Shown here in pieces: positions 36,571-46,386 of a stretch of 64,000 bases of DNA. Origin of the DNA: a virus; IMG/VR virus record IMGVR_UViG_3300010354_015978, positions 46,676-110,675 of that record; one strand, given 5' to 3'. Position 1 is the stretch's first letter. Every line of letters starts with the position of its first letter. The notes below the pieces were generated by a model. That model had not been told where the DNA came from and searched no databases. It saw only the letters and a list, made by a program, of their open reading frames with translations. Made by a program: the position numbers and the translations under genes.

Positions 36571-36804
36571 TCAGTCGCGACTGGCTTGCGCGATCATGTC
36601 TTGGTATTCTGCATTGGGATGGTCACGCAGTCTTTCGTGGTATAAGTCTATCACGGTCTTGGCCGCAGTGGCCGGGAACAGACTGGGGTGGATGGCATGC
36701 AGTAGACTGGCCACGCCGGCACCAATCAGTCTCAGTCCCGCTATCAGGGCCCAGCGGCTGTGTTCAGCGTAGGTTACTCCGCTTTCAACTAGATGTGGGT
36801 GCAT
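36571..36804 (-). CDS. small DUF6356-like protein
   Basis: HLVESGVTYAEH...LLHAIHP; paralog of 5494..5727. Confidence 0.7.
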   Translation of the reverse strand: MHPHLVESGVTYAEHSRWALIAGLRLIGAGVASLLHAIHPSLFPATAAKTVIDLYHERLRDHPNAEYQDMIAQASRD

Positions 36805-38218
36805 GATCAAGTTCCTGTTGTTTGAATGCATACAACAAAATAGGACGACTGGGCTTCATGCCGCTCAGGACTTCGGGCAAGTCAAAGCGTTTGACTGCTT
36901 TCAACACATGCCAGGGACTCAAGTCACGGGCAATGTCTTGATTGATGCGGTCTAGATCAGCAGGCATGCTGTCGTCAAACACTGCCAGGTAGAGTTCGTT
37001 GTCCTGGAAATCGCCCACGACCTGGAACTGTGACGTGCCAAAGTGTTCACGCAAGTATGTATCCAACGGTGCTATGTCCACGGCTCTTTTACCGCGCCAA
37101 ATTTTGTAGTTGCGCGCCCGAAAACGAACGCCGTGATCCAGCGACTCAAAAACATCTTCGATGCTGTGCCATGCGTGTCCGGCCCAACGCACATCCACGC
37201 TGGTGGGGTTGAAACGATATTCAAGATTGGGCATGATCTCGTGAAACACGCCGGGCTGGAAATCTTTATAGTTGTCCGGCGTGATCCTGCCCACAAACAT
37301 CACGCCCACTTCGCTGCACCCAAAGATATCCAAGATCTCGCGCGGCTTAAGATTTTCCATGACCCACGACACCTTGTTGGGTGTGGTACCGCGTATGCAA
37401 TGCAGGCTGAGTTTGCCCATGAGATCCGTGGGTCTGGCACGGTCAAAGTCCTGTAACCAGTCATAGGGCACCAGCATGCGTGTCACGCCAAACTGATAGG
37501 CATAAGGCAGCACACGACTGGCAAAGGTTGCACCATCATAGGTTCCACCTTCTAGCAGATCGGACCGGCTCCAAAAATGTGTGCTGCTGACGTGCAGCAA
37601 GGGAATGGCATAGTTGAGAAACAGGCTGGCATGATGCAGCGTTTTCCAATGAAAGGCACGGTCATGCATGTTGAAACCAAACATACCAATGAGGTTGTGC
37701 GTGAGATCCGCAACCAATTGGTGTGTGAAGTCCACGATCTTGGGCATTCCCGTGGTTCCGCTGCTGTGCGTTTTCACTGCCACGGTATTGGCGTCTATGG
37801 GCGCTGATATCTGCCACTCAATCTCGGCGTATTGTGCCTGTGGCGCGTAGTCCGTGGTGCTAAAAGAGATCTTGTCGGCAAAGGCCTCGCGCACCACATG
37901 ATCATGTATGACCACGTCCACGAAGTCATAGAAACCGCGGAACTCGGGAATGGCAGTATAGCCTACATGGAAGTCGTGTACAAATACATTGGCGCCCAAC
38001 TCCCACACCGCCTGCAGGCAAGGCACGATGTGGTCAAAGTTGTTGTGCCCAATAAACACCGTGCGGCCCACGGTGTCACCACCCAGCAAGTGATAAAGTT
38101 GGTGTTTGTAAAACAACCTGCGGTTGTTGATCTCGACATGATCAATGAGATTGCCATGGAAATCTATCAGACGCAGATCTCTGCGTATCAGTTCCGCGGC
38201 ATTCACGAATTGCGTCAT
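36785..38218 (-). CDS. AMP-binding (ANL superfamily) adenylating enzyme-like protein
   Basis: HSSGTTGMPK; FGCSEVG. Confidence 0.8.
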   Translation of the reverse strand: MTQFVNAAELIRRDLRLIDFHGNLIDHVEINNRRLFYKHQLYHLLGGDTVGRTVFIGHNNFDHIVPCLQAVWELGANVFVHDFHVGYTAIPEFRGFYDFVDVVIHDHVVREAFADKISFSTTDYAPQAQYAEIEWQISAPIDANTVAVKTHSSGTTGMPKIVDFTHQLVADLTHNLIGMFGFNMHDRAFHWKTLHHASLFLNYAIPLLHVSSTHFWSRSDLLEGGTYDGATFASRVLPYAYQFGVTRMLVPYDWLQDFDRARPTDLMGKLSLHCIRGTTPNKVSWVMENLKPREILDIFGCSEVGVMFVGRITPDNYKDFQPGVFHEIMPNLEYRFNPTSVDVRWAGHAWHSIEDVFESLDHGVRFRARNYKIWRGKRAVDIAPLDTYLREHFGTSQFQVVGDFQDNELYLAVFDDSMPADLDRINQDIARDLSPWHVLKAVKRFDLPEVLSGMKPSRPILLYAFKQQELDHAPTSS

Positions 38219-39114
38219 CAAGTTCCCCAGGCGTTGCGCCAGATATCCACTTGCAGTCTTGGGCTGTAGCGCCATCCGCGCTGCATGGCCAGTCGTGCCA
38301 CCTGCTGAGTGTTCAAGTTATATACCTGCGGAACTCCGCCCACGGGCATGAGATAGATGGGACCCGAGAAGCCTGCGCCACGGAATTCTTGTACCGCACG
38401 GTCTGCATCCTCCACATCCTGCTCAGTGGCCACCACGAACTTGAGATAGGTCATGCCCAATTCTTGATAAGACGCCACTACTTCGGGACGTATGGCCTTG
38501 TCCCAGGGTTCGCCTGAGCATGGCAGTTTGGGACTCACGCTGAAAGTGAGATTGTCATGATCTCGACCGTGACGTGTGAAATCTGCAAACAGGAAGTCAT
38601 GCATTTCAGCATAAAGCGCCTGTGTGCCGTTGGTCTCGAACGTTAGATTCTGCAGGCCGCGTTGCATGCACAGCCCGATCATTTCGGGATACAGTTGCTG
38701 ATAGCCCAACAAGGGCTCGCCGCCCGTGATCACGAGATGCACGTCGTCTTGGAAACGATTGTTGGTCCAGTTCCCGCCGGGAATCAAGGCATGCATTCGA
38801 TCCACGATGACATCTACAGAATCCTGCTCATTGAACCGCTTGAACTCGGGATAGATGCTGGCATAGGTATCGCAGCCCGATGTGACCAGGGGTAGGTCTT
38901 CAAACTTCTGATAGCGTGTGGGCTCTCGTCGTATGTCATCAATGATGGCGACCACTTCGGGATTGTGCCCGTCAATGACTTCATCCCGCGGGCGCCCAAA
39001 CTTGCGGCAGCGGAAGTTGCAGCCAAAGGTTCTAAAGAACACACTGGGCACACCGGCCCAGCGTCCTTCGCCCTGCAGGCTGTAGAATACTTCTGTGTAG
39101 GTGATCTTTTCCAT
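38218..39114 (-). CDS. queE: 7-carboxy-7-deazaguanine synthase (radical SAM)
   Basis: EVFYSLQGEG; FFRTFGCNFRC...CDT; ITGGEP; ETNGT; SVSPK; SPRLQ. Confidence 0.93.
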   Translation of the reverse strand: MEKITYTEVFYSLQGEGRWAGVPSVFFRTFGCNFRCRKFGRPRDEVIDGHNPEVVAIIDDIRREPTRYQKFEDLPLVTSGCDTYASIYPEFKRFNEQDSVDVIVDRMHALIPGGNWTNNRFQDDVHLVITGGEPLLGYQQLYPEMIGLCMQRGLQNLTFETNGTQALYAEMHDFLFADFTRHGRDHDNLTFSVSPKLPCSGEPWDKAIRPEVVASYQELGMTYLKFVVATEQDVEDADRAVQEFRGAGFSGPIYLMPVGGVPQVYNLNTQQVARLAMQRGWRYSPRLQVDIWRNAWGT

Positions 39115-39546
39115 CTATACCTCTCGGGTTTCGTCTAGGTTTGAATCACTGGGAAACTTGAAACTGCCAAACCTGATCAACAGCAAACTGATGGCCAGGA
39201 TCAATATAGCGCCACACATGGCCACGATCTCCCAGATCTTGTCATGAGCAGCCACCAGGTCCACCACGTATCTTGTGATGGCTGTTATGGCTATGTAGGC
39301 CAGGAACCGCACCGGCATGTGATTTGTCTTGAAGTAGATGCCTACCATGGCACCGATCTCAAGATAGATAAACAGCAGCAATAGATCCTGCACCGAAGCA
39401 TGATGCTTGTCCAGCAGTCCAATGAAAGTCCATGTAGCAGCCCACACCGTGGCAGCACCTATGGCAAACAAGGCCAGCCGGTGGAACACACCAACCAGTT
39501 GATTGCCCAACTGGTCTAGTTTGTTCATGAGTTTTGTTGTGGCCAT
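39115..39546 (-). CDS. psiE: phosphate-starvation-inducible PsiE family membrane protein
   Basis: DLLLLFIYLEIGAMVGIYFKTNHMPVRF..YIAITA. Confidence 0.88.
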   Translation of the reverse strand: MATTKLMNKLDQLGNQLVGVFHRLALFAIGAATVWAATWTFIGLLDKHHASVQDLLLLFIYLEIGAMVGIYFKTNHMPVRFLAYIAITAITRYVVDLVAAHDKIWEIVAMCGAILILAISLLLIRFGSFKFPSDSNLDETREV

Positions 39547-39962
39547 ATTTCTTCCCTAAGATATCTCAACAGTTCCTTGTCCGTGGGCTCAACGGCGTAG
39601 TTCTTTTTGAAAAAGATCTCATAGGAGTCAGACCCATACTTACCGATACCATACAACATTGTAGCATCATCGCCGTGCCAAGTCAAGAAATCGCGAGTCA
39701 TGCGCTGCAACCTATTATAGCGCACATTAACCATGCCCAAGGGCCAAATCACATCACGCACATCCTGTTCGCGTGCCTTGACAAACTCCAAGGGACTGCG
39801 CCAGCGACTCATGAACACAGGGAACACAGTTTTAACTGGCTTGCGCCCAGTCTGGTTCAGCATGATCACAGCCACCATGTGCTGCCACTTGCCCCAGACA
39901 GTGTCTAGGCCATCGGGCAACTGTTGTTGTACCATGAGATCATCGCGCAAGGGCTTGAGCAT
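39525..39962 (-). CDS. MBD4-like HhH DNA glycosylase
   Basis: IMLNQT; PLGM...R; HhH LYGIGKYGSDSY; PTDKEL. Confidence 0.8.
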   Translation of the reverse strand: MLKPLRDDLMVQQQLPDGLDTVWGKWQHMVAVIMLNQTGRKPVKTVFPVFMSRWRSPLEFVKAREQDVRDVIWPLGMVNVRYNRLQRMTRDFLTWHGDDATMLYGIGKYGSDSYEIFFKKNYAVEPTDKELLRYLREEIWPQQNS

Positions 39963-40644
39963 AGTCGGCTCTCCAGAAGTCGGCCGCGGCCGAGTGTGCT
40001 TGTTCAAGTGGGTGTAGTCCAGGTTGTGTAATGGGGTAATCATGATGCCGACACCACTCCAAAAAGGTCATACCATCCCAAGTGCGCAGGCTGGGGCGTG
40101 TCAAGTCCAGCAAGGCCTGTGAGTATGCAGGAGCATGTTGGTCGCTGTCAACCAATTCGGGATCCATGTAGGTTTCAATGCTGGTGATGCCGCGCTGCCG
40201 GAGAAACTGCTGTGTGACAAACATGCTGTTGAGACTGCGCCACTTTTCCCATGTGCTGCTATGGCCTGTGAACTTTTCATACACATCCAATACGGCACGC
40301 GAATCAGCCTGATTCATGTGTTGGTGTAGTTTGCTGGGCACACAGGTTGGTCCCAGAGTGACCCAAGATTCAGTGGAGACCACATAGAAATCCCAGCGCA
40401 GGGCCCAAGTCCAATTGATCACGGCCAGGGTGTTGTGCGAGTGGTTTGTGGCAAAATATTCCACGACCTGGCGAGCAATAGCATCGTTGCCGCAGCCAGG
40501 TATGGCTCGAGTCTCGTAGTCGCAGCCTAGGTCAGCGGCAATGCGCCCCGGCCATGCTCGGTGGCCATCGGCGTTGTCCTCAAGTTCGGATCCATATACG
40601 AAACTGTCGCCAAAACTTACAATTTTTATTCTCGCAGAGCCCAA
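39940..40644 (-). CDS. SGNH/GDSL-like protein
   Basis: FGDSFVYG; GCGN; GLHP...H. Confidence 0.78.
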   Translation of the reverse strand: MGSARIKIVSFGDSFVYGSELEDNADGHRAWPGRIAADLGCDYETRAIPGCGNDAIARQVVEYFATNHSHNTLAVINWTWALRWDFYVVSTESWVTLGPTCVPSKLHQHMNQADSRAVLDVYEKFTGHSSTWEKWRSLNSMFVTQQFLRQRGITSIETYMDPELVDSDQHAPAYSQALLDLTRPSLRTWDGMTFLEWCRHHDYPITQPGLHPLEQAHSAAADFWRADYAQALAR

Positions 40645-41771
40645 TGGTTCTCTCCTCTTATTTGGTCCAGCGTATCATTAAAATTTTCGCTGCGCTTCCA
40701 GAGTCCCTTGTCAAATGGCGTGTTCTCGATCCCCTGTATCAAGCCTCCTAACATGCTACGTTGTTCCTCATCTAGATCCATGTCACGGCACCGCACAAGA
40801 TATTGCAAAACTTTGCCACGTAGATGATCCGGCCAATTATAGGCTGAAAGATAGTATGGTCGATCACACACAAAAAACTGGTGCCGGCAACCAAGATCTC
40901 CATGACGACCTTGGGGTTCTCGACTCAAGGCCTGTGCCCAACGTCCCAACTCCAATACCGGCGCCAATCGCATCACGTTGAGGTTGCTGACCACGGTGTT
41001 GATGTCAAGGCTTGAACTGTACTGGGCCAGCCAGGCTAGATTGGCGTGCACCAAAGACCAGTTGGTACCATGTCGGACAATCTCGGCATCTGCACCCACA
41101 GCATCAATGCTGACGGTCCAGTGCAGATTGGGCAATCTCAGGGTGAGTTCGCGCCAAAAGTCATCGGTGAAACTGCCATTGGTGGTGATCAACACCTGCA
41201 CATCAGATCTCCCGCTGGCCAGCACATGTTCCAACATGGTTCTAACTTCGGGAATCAAAGTGGGTTCACCGCCTGTAAACATGAAACGTCGTATCTGGCC
41301 TACGTTGTTCAGTATCCAATCACGATTGATGTCTTGCACACGCACGGTTTTGGTTTCCGGACGATCACCGTACCATTGCAGCAGGACCGGATTCTGTTTG
41401 GCTTCGTTGCTGATAGCATGACTGAAGTCGGGGTGGCAACTGCGGCAACGGTAATTGCAGATATTGCTGCTGCGATAGTCTATAAAATCAATATTGGTCT
41501 GATCACTGATTTCATGATTGTAGTCGCGTAGAGCCTCTGTACGCATGCTGCGTCCGTGTCTTTGTTCGCTGACCCAACAGCCGTTGCAAACTTTAGGCTG
41601 TTGGCCGGACAGAAACTGCTGCTGTAGATTGTTTAACCATGGGTGATTGACCCATTGGTCCAGTGTTACAGCCTGCCGGGGTATTTGACAACAAGGACTG
41701 ACTCCGTGGCTATCAACAAATACCGACTTAAACGGCAGAGGACAGTACCATTGCCGGCCAGCCTCGGTCAT
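40626..41771 (-). CDS. radical SAM protein with N-terminal SPASM/twitch domain
   Basis: CPLPF; PCC; CNYRCRSC; TGGEP; TTNG; SIDAVG. Confidence 0.9.
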   Translation of the reverse strand: MTEAGRQWYCPLPFKSVFVDSHGVSPCCQIPRQAVTLDQWVNHPWLNNLQQQFLSGQQPKVCNGCWVSEQRHGRSMRTEALRDYNHEISDQTNIDFIDYRSSNICNYRCRSCHPDFSHAISNEAKQNPVLLQWYGDRPETKTVRVQDINRDWILNNVGQIRRFMFTGGEPTLIPEVRTMLEHVLASGRSDVQVLITTNGSFTDDFWRELTLRLPNLHWTVSIDAVGADAEIVRHGTNWSLVHANLAWLAQYSSSLDINTVVSNLNVMRLAPVLELGRWAQALSREPQGRHGDLGCRHQFFVCDRPYYLSAYNWPDHLRGKVLQYLVRCRDMDLDEEQRSMLGGLIQGIENTPFDKGLWKRSENFNDTLDQIRGENHWALRE

Positions 41772-42139
41772 TTGGGCAAGAAAAATCCGTCCAGTTTGGG
41801 AGGTTGCCAATCGTCAGGCTTGAGTATCTTGCCATCTTCTCGGCGTCGTACCTTGCCAGTCTTGGGATCAATCTTGGCAAAGTTGCTGCGCATGACTTCT
41901 TTCCATGCACCTTTACCATCGGCGCCTAGGCTGTGAATAGCACCCACTGTGACCACAATGATGTCGATCAAGGCATCCAACGCTTCAACATCATCCTTGG
42001 ATTGCAGAGCTGCCTGTAGTTCTTTGTGTTCTTCTGCGATTAGATCACAGTAGAGATTGAACTGCGCATCATCAAATTTATCCACGGTCTGCCCGCAGGC
42101 TCGCATGAATTTGCGTTGATCTTCAAATACGTCACTCAT
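41768..42139 (-). CDS. MazG-like/PRA-PH nucleotide pyrophosphohydrolase
   Basis: EEHKEL; DALID; EVMRSNFAK; REDGKILKP. Confidence 0.9.
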   Translation of the reverse strand: MSDVFEDQRKFMRACGQTVDKFDDAQFNLYCDLIAEEHKELQAALQSKDDVEALDALIDIIVVTVGAIHSLGADGKGAWKEVMRSNFAKIDPKTGKVRRREDGKILKPDDWQPPKLDGFFLPK

Positions 42140-42723
42140 TACTGATGCTCCTCTTGTGGATTCCAACGACGCCACCATTCTTCCCAGGGAAACACTATCC
42201 ACTGGGGATCGTCTATCTTGTTGATGGTTTCCGCACAATAGTCAACGTCCAGTGCGCTGGCACTGTTTTGATTTTCATACAGCACAGCCACGCGCACATT
42301 GTTGTTCCATACGTCCTGCCAGGCAGCATCCTTGGGCAGGCAACTGATCTGCCAGTCATTCTTGATCCAGGTCAGGGTGGCTCCGCTGTCATTGATGTCA
42401 TCTACCAGCAGGATGTTCTTGCGACGTGATATGTGGCTGCTGGTGGGCATTTCTTCCGTGCGCTCGCTCTGGGGCACATAGCCATATGCGTCTTCGGACA
42501 TCCAGGCGTTGGTCTCGCAATCCATTTCTTGGCCGTCGCGCAACGTGACCTTGAGTGTGTGCATGTGACAACCAAGATACTGGCTGATGAGGTTGGCGGG
42601 AACCAAACCACCGCGCGTGATGCCTACCACATAGTCCGGCTGCCAGCCGTCACGCCACATCTGGCGAATGAGCTCCTGCACTTGGCGCTGCACATCATTC
42701 CAGCTCACATAAACTTTTTTCAT
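42139..42723 (-). CDS. purine phosphoribosyltransferase (Gpt-like)
   Basis: VGITRGGLVPA; PRPP motif LLVDDINDSGAT; WIVFPWE. Confidence 0.92.
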   Translation of the reverse strand: MKKVYVSWNDVQRQVQELIRQMWRDGWQPDYVVGITRGGLVPANLISQYLGCHMHTLKVTLRDGQEMDCETNAWMSEDAYGYVPQSERTEEMPTSSHISRRKNILLVDDINDSGATLTWIKNDWQISCLPKDAAWQDVWNNNVRVAVLYENQNSASALDVDYCAETINKIDDPQWIVFPWEEWWRRWNPQEEHQ

Positions 42724-43529
42724 GCATACCTCGTCATCTGTCGGTTGGTATCAAACGCCAACATCTTGGCCCAGGGATCGCGTTTGCCTTGTTGGCACTC
42801 GGTGTAGGCAGTGGTATCATAGCCCTTTTCCGTCATGTACTCATGCAAGCGGTGTGCGTCTTGCATGCGTAGTTTTCGGTAGTTGGGATGGTTGAAGTCC
42901 CGAGGATTTTGAGGATTTCCCTCTAGTTCCCACATGCGCCTACCATCAAATGTAGCATCTTTGTTGTTGCCAGTCAAGTCAAAACGGTCATGATCCACAC
43001 GTATATCGGTGCGCAGCATGATGTCCAACAACCAAGCAATCTGGCTGATCCAAGCGTCGTTGAGCGGATGCTGGCTGAGATAGCCTAAAACATCGTACCA
43101 GGCACGCGGAACAATGGGGAATATGCTGTAGGGATGGCTCTTGTGAGTGTCAAAGGCCTGGATCACAAACCTACCGGTCTCGGCACGGATCTTGCTGTCC
43201 CAACCTTTGTCCAGCATCACAGCATCATCGTTCCAGAATATCATCCACTCGCCCTGGGCTTCAGCGGCCAAGGCATTGATATACTCATTGAGTCGTTGGT
43301 AACCCAGTCTAGGAAACATCATGATTTCGTATGTGCCACCAGACGCTTCGATGCGCGGCAGTATCTGTGTCTGGAAGTAGTCCAGACTGTCTGCATCATC
43401 ATCGTCAAACGCCATGATCCATTCAATGTTGGCAGCATCAGCAGCATTGTCTATGAGACTCATGATGCTGCGCTCCAACATGGTGGTTCGACCTCGGGTG
43501 GGCAATAATATAGACAGCAACTCTGACAT
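42720..43529 (-). CDS. glycosyltransferase family 2 (GT-A)
   Basis: SILLPTRGR; AFDDDD; WNDDA. Confidence 0.85.
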   Translation of the reverse strand: MSELLSILLPTRGRTTMLERSIMSLIDNAADAANIEWIMAFDDDDADSLDYFQTQILPRIEASGGTYEIMMFPRLGYQRLNEYINALAAEAQGEWMIFWNDDAVMLDKGWDSKIRAETGRFVIQAFDTHKSHPYSIFPIVPRAWYDVLGYLSQHPLNDAWISQIAWLLDIMLRTDIRVDHDRFDLTGNNKDATFDGRRMWELEGNPQNPRDFNHPNYRKLRMQDAHRLHEYMTEKGYDTTAYTECQQGKRDPWAKMLAFDTNRQMTRYA

Positions 43530-43530
43530 A

Positions 43531-44247
43531 TCAGAACTCCAATACCAAATGACTTCCCATGCGTTGCAGCACTTCGCGAGCCTGCTTGCTCCAACGATCA
43601 TACAAGGCATCGTCTACCAAGCGGCAATGCTCCAGTGGGCCGGCATCGCGACCAATCCAGATGGGGTGATAATCAGGCCAGTTCACCACGATGAAGCGTC
43701 CCCGGAACTGCTGCACTATACGATCCCAGATGGGATCAAACACAGGCTCGGGAATGTGTTCCAGGCTTTCCACCATCATGATGGTATCAAATTCCGCCAA
43801 GGGAATTTCATCGATGACATCTTCAATACCACGCGCGATGGGTACCGCGGACTGGTGCAAGCGACCAAAGTAGTGCTCGCCTGTGTCTCTGTACCAGCGA
43901 TCGGCGCCGGGACTGAGCTCCACGCTGACGCAATCGATACCAAGATGCACTAGAGTATTGGCCACTTCACCGCGACCACCACCGATCTCCAAAACCTTTT
44001 GCGGCCGGCGCTTGCCCCAGGCACGTATAAACTCCACCTGCTGGTCAATGTTGTAGCCATGCTGCTCAAATCTACCATTGGGCGTGACTTGGAAGCAGCC
44101 CGGGAAGGTTTCGTATAGTTTGGTGTAGCCGATGTCGTGCGCATAACACACCGCAGCCATGGCGTCTCCGAACTTCAAAGCCCGAGCTCGCCAACTGGCT
44201 ATGCCATCACTGTGGGTGAAATACCCGTAATTGTAGATGTCTTTCAT
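43531..44247 (-). CDS. class I SAM-dependent methyltransferase
   Basis: VLEIGGGRG; FDTI..ESLEHI. Confidence 0.85.
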   Translation of the reverse strand: MKDIYNYGYFTHSDGIASWRARALKFGDAMAAVCYAHDIGYTKLYETFPGCFQVTPNGRFEQHGYNIDQQVEFIRAWGKRRPQKVLEIGGGRGEVANTLVHLGIDCVSVELSPGADRWYRDTGEHYFGRLHQSAVPIARGIEDVIDEIPLAEFDTIMMVESLEHIPEPVFDPIWDRIVQQFRGRFIVVNWPDYHPIWIGRDAGPLEHCRLVDDALYDRWSKQAREVLQRMGSHLVLEF

Positions 44248-44807
44248 CAGCCCTCGTACACAGCAGAGTTGGCATCGTGCTCAAACACTTCCACGCTGCG
44301 CAGGCGCACACCCAGGCCCACGGGATAGCGTGGGCGATGCACTTTGCCTGTGGGCATGCCCCATGCTTCGCCGCGCTGATAGGTTTCCAAGATGTCCTGC
44401 ATGGTCTTGTAGGCCAGCTCGGCGAATTTTTCACAGCCCACAGCGTCTACTACACGCAGGTCGCAAACAGCACCACGCTCGTTGGGCGCACGGCTCTTGA
44501 CGTTGTTGTTGCCGTCTGCAGTCACGAGATCATTCATCTGCTGGAAAAACGCCAAGTGCGGATCGTCGCGAGCAATCAGCAGTGTGTGATCAAACATGTA
44601 CTCTGCCCACTCCTTGAAGGCTTTGAGACCTCCGAAGTCCATGACCCAGTTGCGATCATCCAAGGTCTCGCTTTCAAACACCAGCCGGATGCCGATGCTG
44701 TAACCATGCAGCAGGCTGCAATGGCTGTGTGTGCTGCGCCACTGCCGGAAGCAGCAGCTCAAGCCACGGTCGTTACCGTAAGTTTTGGTTGATAGATATT
44801 TGGCCAT
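44247..44807 (-). CDS. queD: 6-carboxytetrahydropterin synthase
   Basis: HCSLLHGY; WVMDFG; FDH; GCE. Confidence 0.92.
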   Translation of the reverse strand: MAKYLSTKTYGNDRGLSCCFRQWRSTHSHCSLLHGYSIGIRLVFESETLDDRNWVMDFGGLKAFKEWAEYMFDHTLLIARDDPHLAFFQQMNDLVTADGNNNVKSRAPNERGAVCDLRVVDAVGCEKFAELAYKTMQDILETYQRGEAWGMPTGKVHRPRYPVGLGVRLRSVEVFEHDANSAVYEG

Positions 44808-44830
44808 CTTTAGTCTCCACAGTCTAAGAT

Positions 44831-44873
44831 GGCATGCAGAATATTTAGAGTGGGATGAATGCCGAAGTCCACT
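44831..44873 (-). promoter_or_regulatory. candidate preQ1-I-like H-type pseudoknot upstream of queD
   Basis: AGTGG/CCACT stem; loop GGCAT pairs with downstream ATGCC. Confidence 0.5.
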
Positions 44874-44904
44874 TGAACTAGTGTACGCGGATATTTAGTG
44901 AAAG

Positions 44905-45288
44905 TCAACACTGTCGGTAAGAACCCGTGCGGTAGTTGGCCTGGCCTGGTATGACACCACGCACGCCACCTACAGGGTCAGGGGTATCACCATGACGCCG
45001 TGGTATGAGATGCACATGCGGATACATCACGGTCTGTCCCGCAGCAATGCCACGATTGATGCCCACGTTGTACCCATCAGCCAGTCCCTGCGACACCAAG
45101 TCATCACCGTGTTTGTGTGCTGCTCGATAACAGTCCATGACATGGTCCAAGGTGTTCCAGCGCGGCACAAACAGCAGGTGTCCGGGTGCCACAGGAAATC
45201 GATCTCGGAATACCACATAGGTGGCACCTTGAGTCTCGATGTCCTGCCAGGGCGCCACTCCCTCAGATTGTGCCTGTGCCAGATCCAT
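44905..45288 (-). CDS. HIT family nucleotide hydrolase
   Basis: PVAPGHLL; AGQTVMYPHVHLIPR. Confidence 0.93.
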   Translation of the reverse strand: MDLAQAQSEGVAPWQDIETQGATYVVFRDRFPVAPGHLLFVPRWNTLDHVMDCYRAAHKHGDDLVSQGLADGYNVGINRGIAAGQTVMYPHVHLIPRRHGDTPDPVGGVRGVIPGQANYRTGSYRQC

Positions 45289-45289
45289 G

Positions 45290-46228
45290 TCAGTCCTGTT
45301 CTTCTAAATCTTCCCAGCCATATTTCAGCAGTTCTTCATAGTTCCATTCAGTGTCGCCCTTGGGCATGTAGCCTACGCTGGCGTGAAAACCTTTGCCCCA
45401 GGTGCTGAGATAGTCCATATCAACTGACAATGGTTTCTTGTCATAGAAATATTGATTAATATGTGTAGTCATGGTGTTTTCACAAACACCAAACACTAAC
45501 TTATTGACATCAAAATCATCACCATAAGTTTCTACAACTACACGAAGGAAACTACCTTTTTGTGCATCATAGCACATCAATACTGGTACTGGGTCAACAA
45601 GTCCTTTCTTGGTATCGTGTACAAACATTTCTGTGCTATAAACGTGTTTCCTATTGTCTGTATTGTAATCCTTGCCTACACCTTTTTCTGTGTACTTTTT
45701 TTGGCTCCAATCAAAATTGCGCTTCTTGGTTTCCTTGTCGTCCCAATCCACAGCACCATCCACATACACAGCCTTGGGATGCAGCACAATCTCAGTAACA
45801 GTAAATGAACTGTATTCGCTGCTGACAACAGTATCGTGTTCGATACCATCTAGTTCCCAATATTCTACATACTTACGACCTGGCGCAACTTCGGGGCTGT
45901 TACTATCAAAGCCGCCCTCTTCTTCGTCGGACTCACTGTCCTCGTCATCGGTATCTTCATCAAAGTCATCACCATATGCTGCCTTTTCGTGCATGGCCAG
46001 GATATGATCTGACAACAGATGCTTGCGATCTTCATCAAGCCAATACTGCACGAATTCTTCTGATACAGTATCTACCATGAGTTCGCCACCATAGCCACCA
46101 AAGTCCAGCATGAAGTAACGTTTGCCGGCGTGTGGGTCAACAACTTTCTTGACGGCCTTTTTCTTGGCGGTCTTTTTGTTGGCAGAGATCTTCTTGGCAG
46201 GTTTGTCCTTGGACTTAGGCTTGGCCAT
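45290..46228 (-). CDS. hypothetical protein with Lys-rich N-terminus and acidic tract
   Basis: 312 aa ORF; visibly AT-richer than neighbours. Confidence 0.8.
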   Translation of the reverse strand: MAKPKSKDKPAKKISANKKTAKKKAVKKVVDPHAGKRYFMLDFGGYGGELMVDTVSEEFVQYWLDEDRKHLLSDHILAMHEKAAYGDDFDEDTDDEDSESDEEEGGFDSNSPEVAPGRKYVEYWELDGIEHDTVVSSEYSSFTVTEIVLHPKAVYVDGAVDWDDKETKKRNFDWSQKKYTEKGVGKDYNTDNRKHVYSTEMFVHDTKKGLVDPVPVLMCYDAQKGSFLRVVVETYGDDFDVNKLVFGVCENTMTTHINQYFYDKKPLSVDMDYLSTWGKGFHASVGYMPKGDTEWNYEELLKYGWEDLEEQD

Positions 46229-46370
46229 GGCGTTGTTCCTCTAGCCGCGCCTTGAGTTGTTCAAACATGTATTCGATGCTGAGATTATCAAGTTCGAACT
46301 CTGTATCGTGTACGTTTTCGTTTACCACGACAACTTTTTTACCACTATCAGTTTCCAATGTCAGTTTCAT
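46215..46370 (-). CDS. hypothetical protein (start MKLTLE)
   Basis: GAGG RBS. Confidence 0.6.
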   Translation of the reverse strand: MKLTLETDSGKKVVVVNENVHDTEFELDNLSIEYMFEQLKARLEEQRHGQA

Positions 46371-46386
46371 CTTGGGTCCTCTTGTT

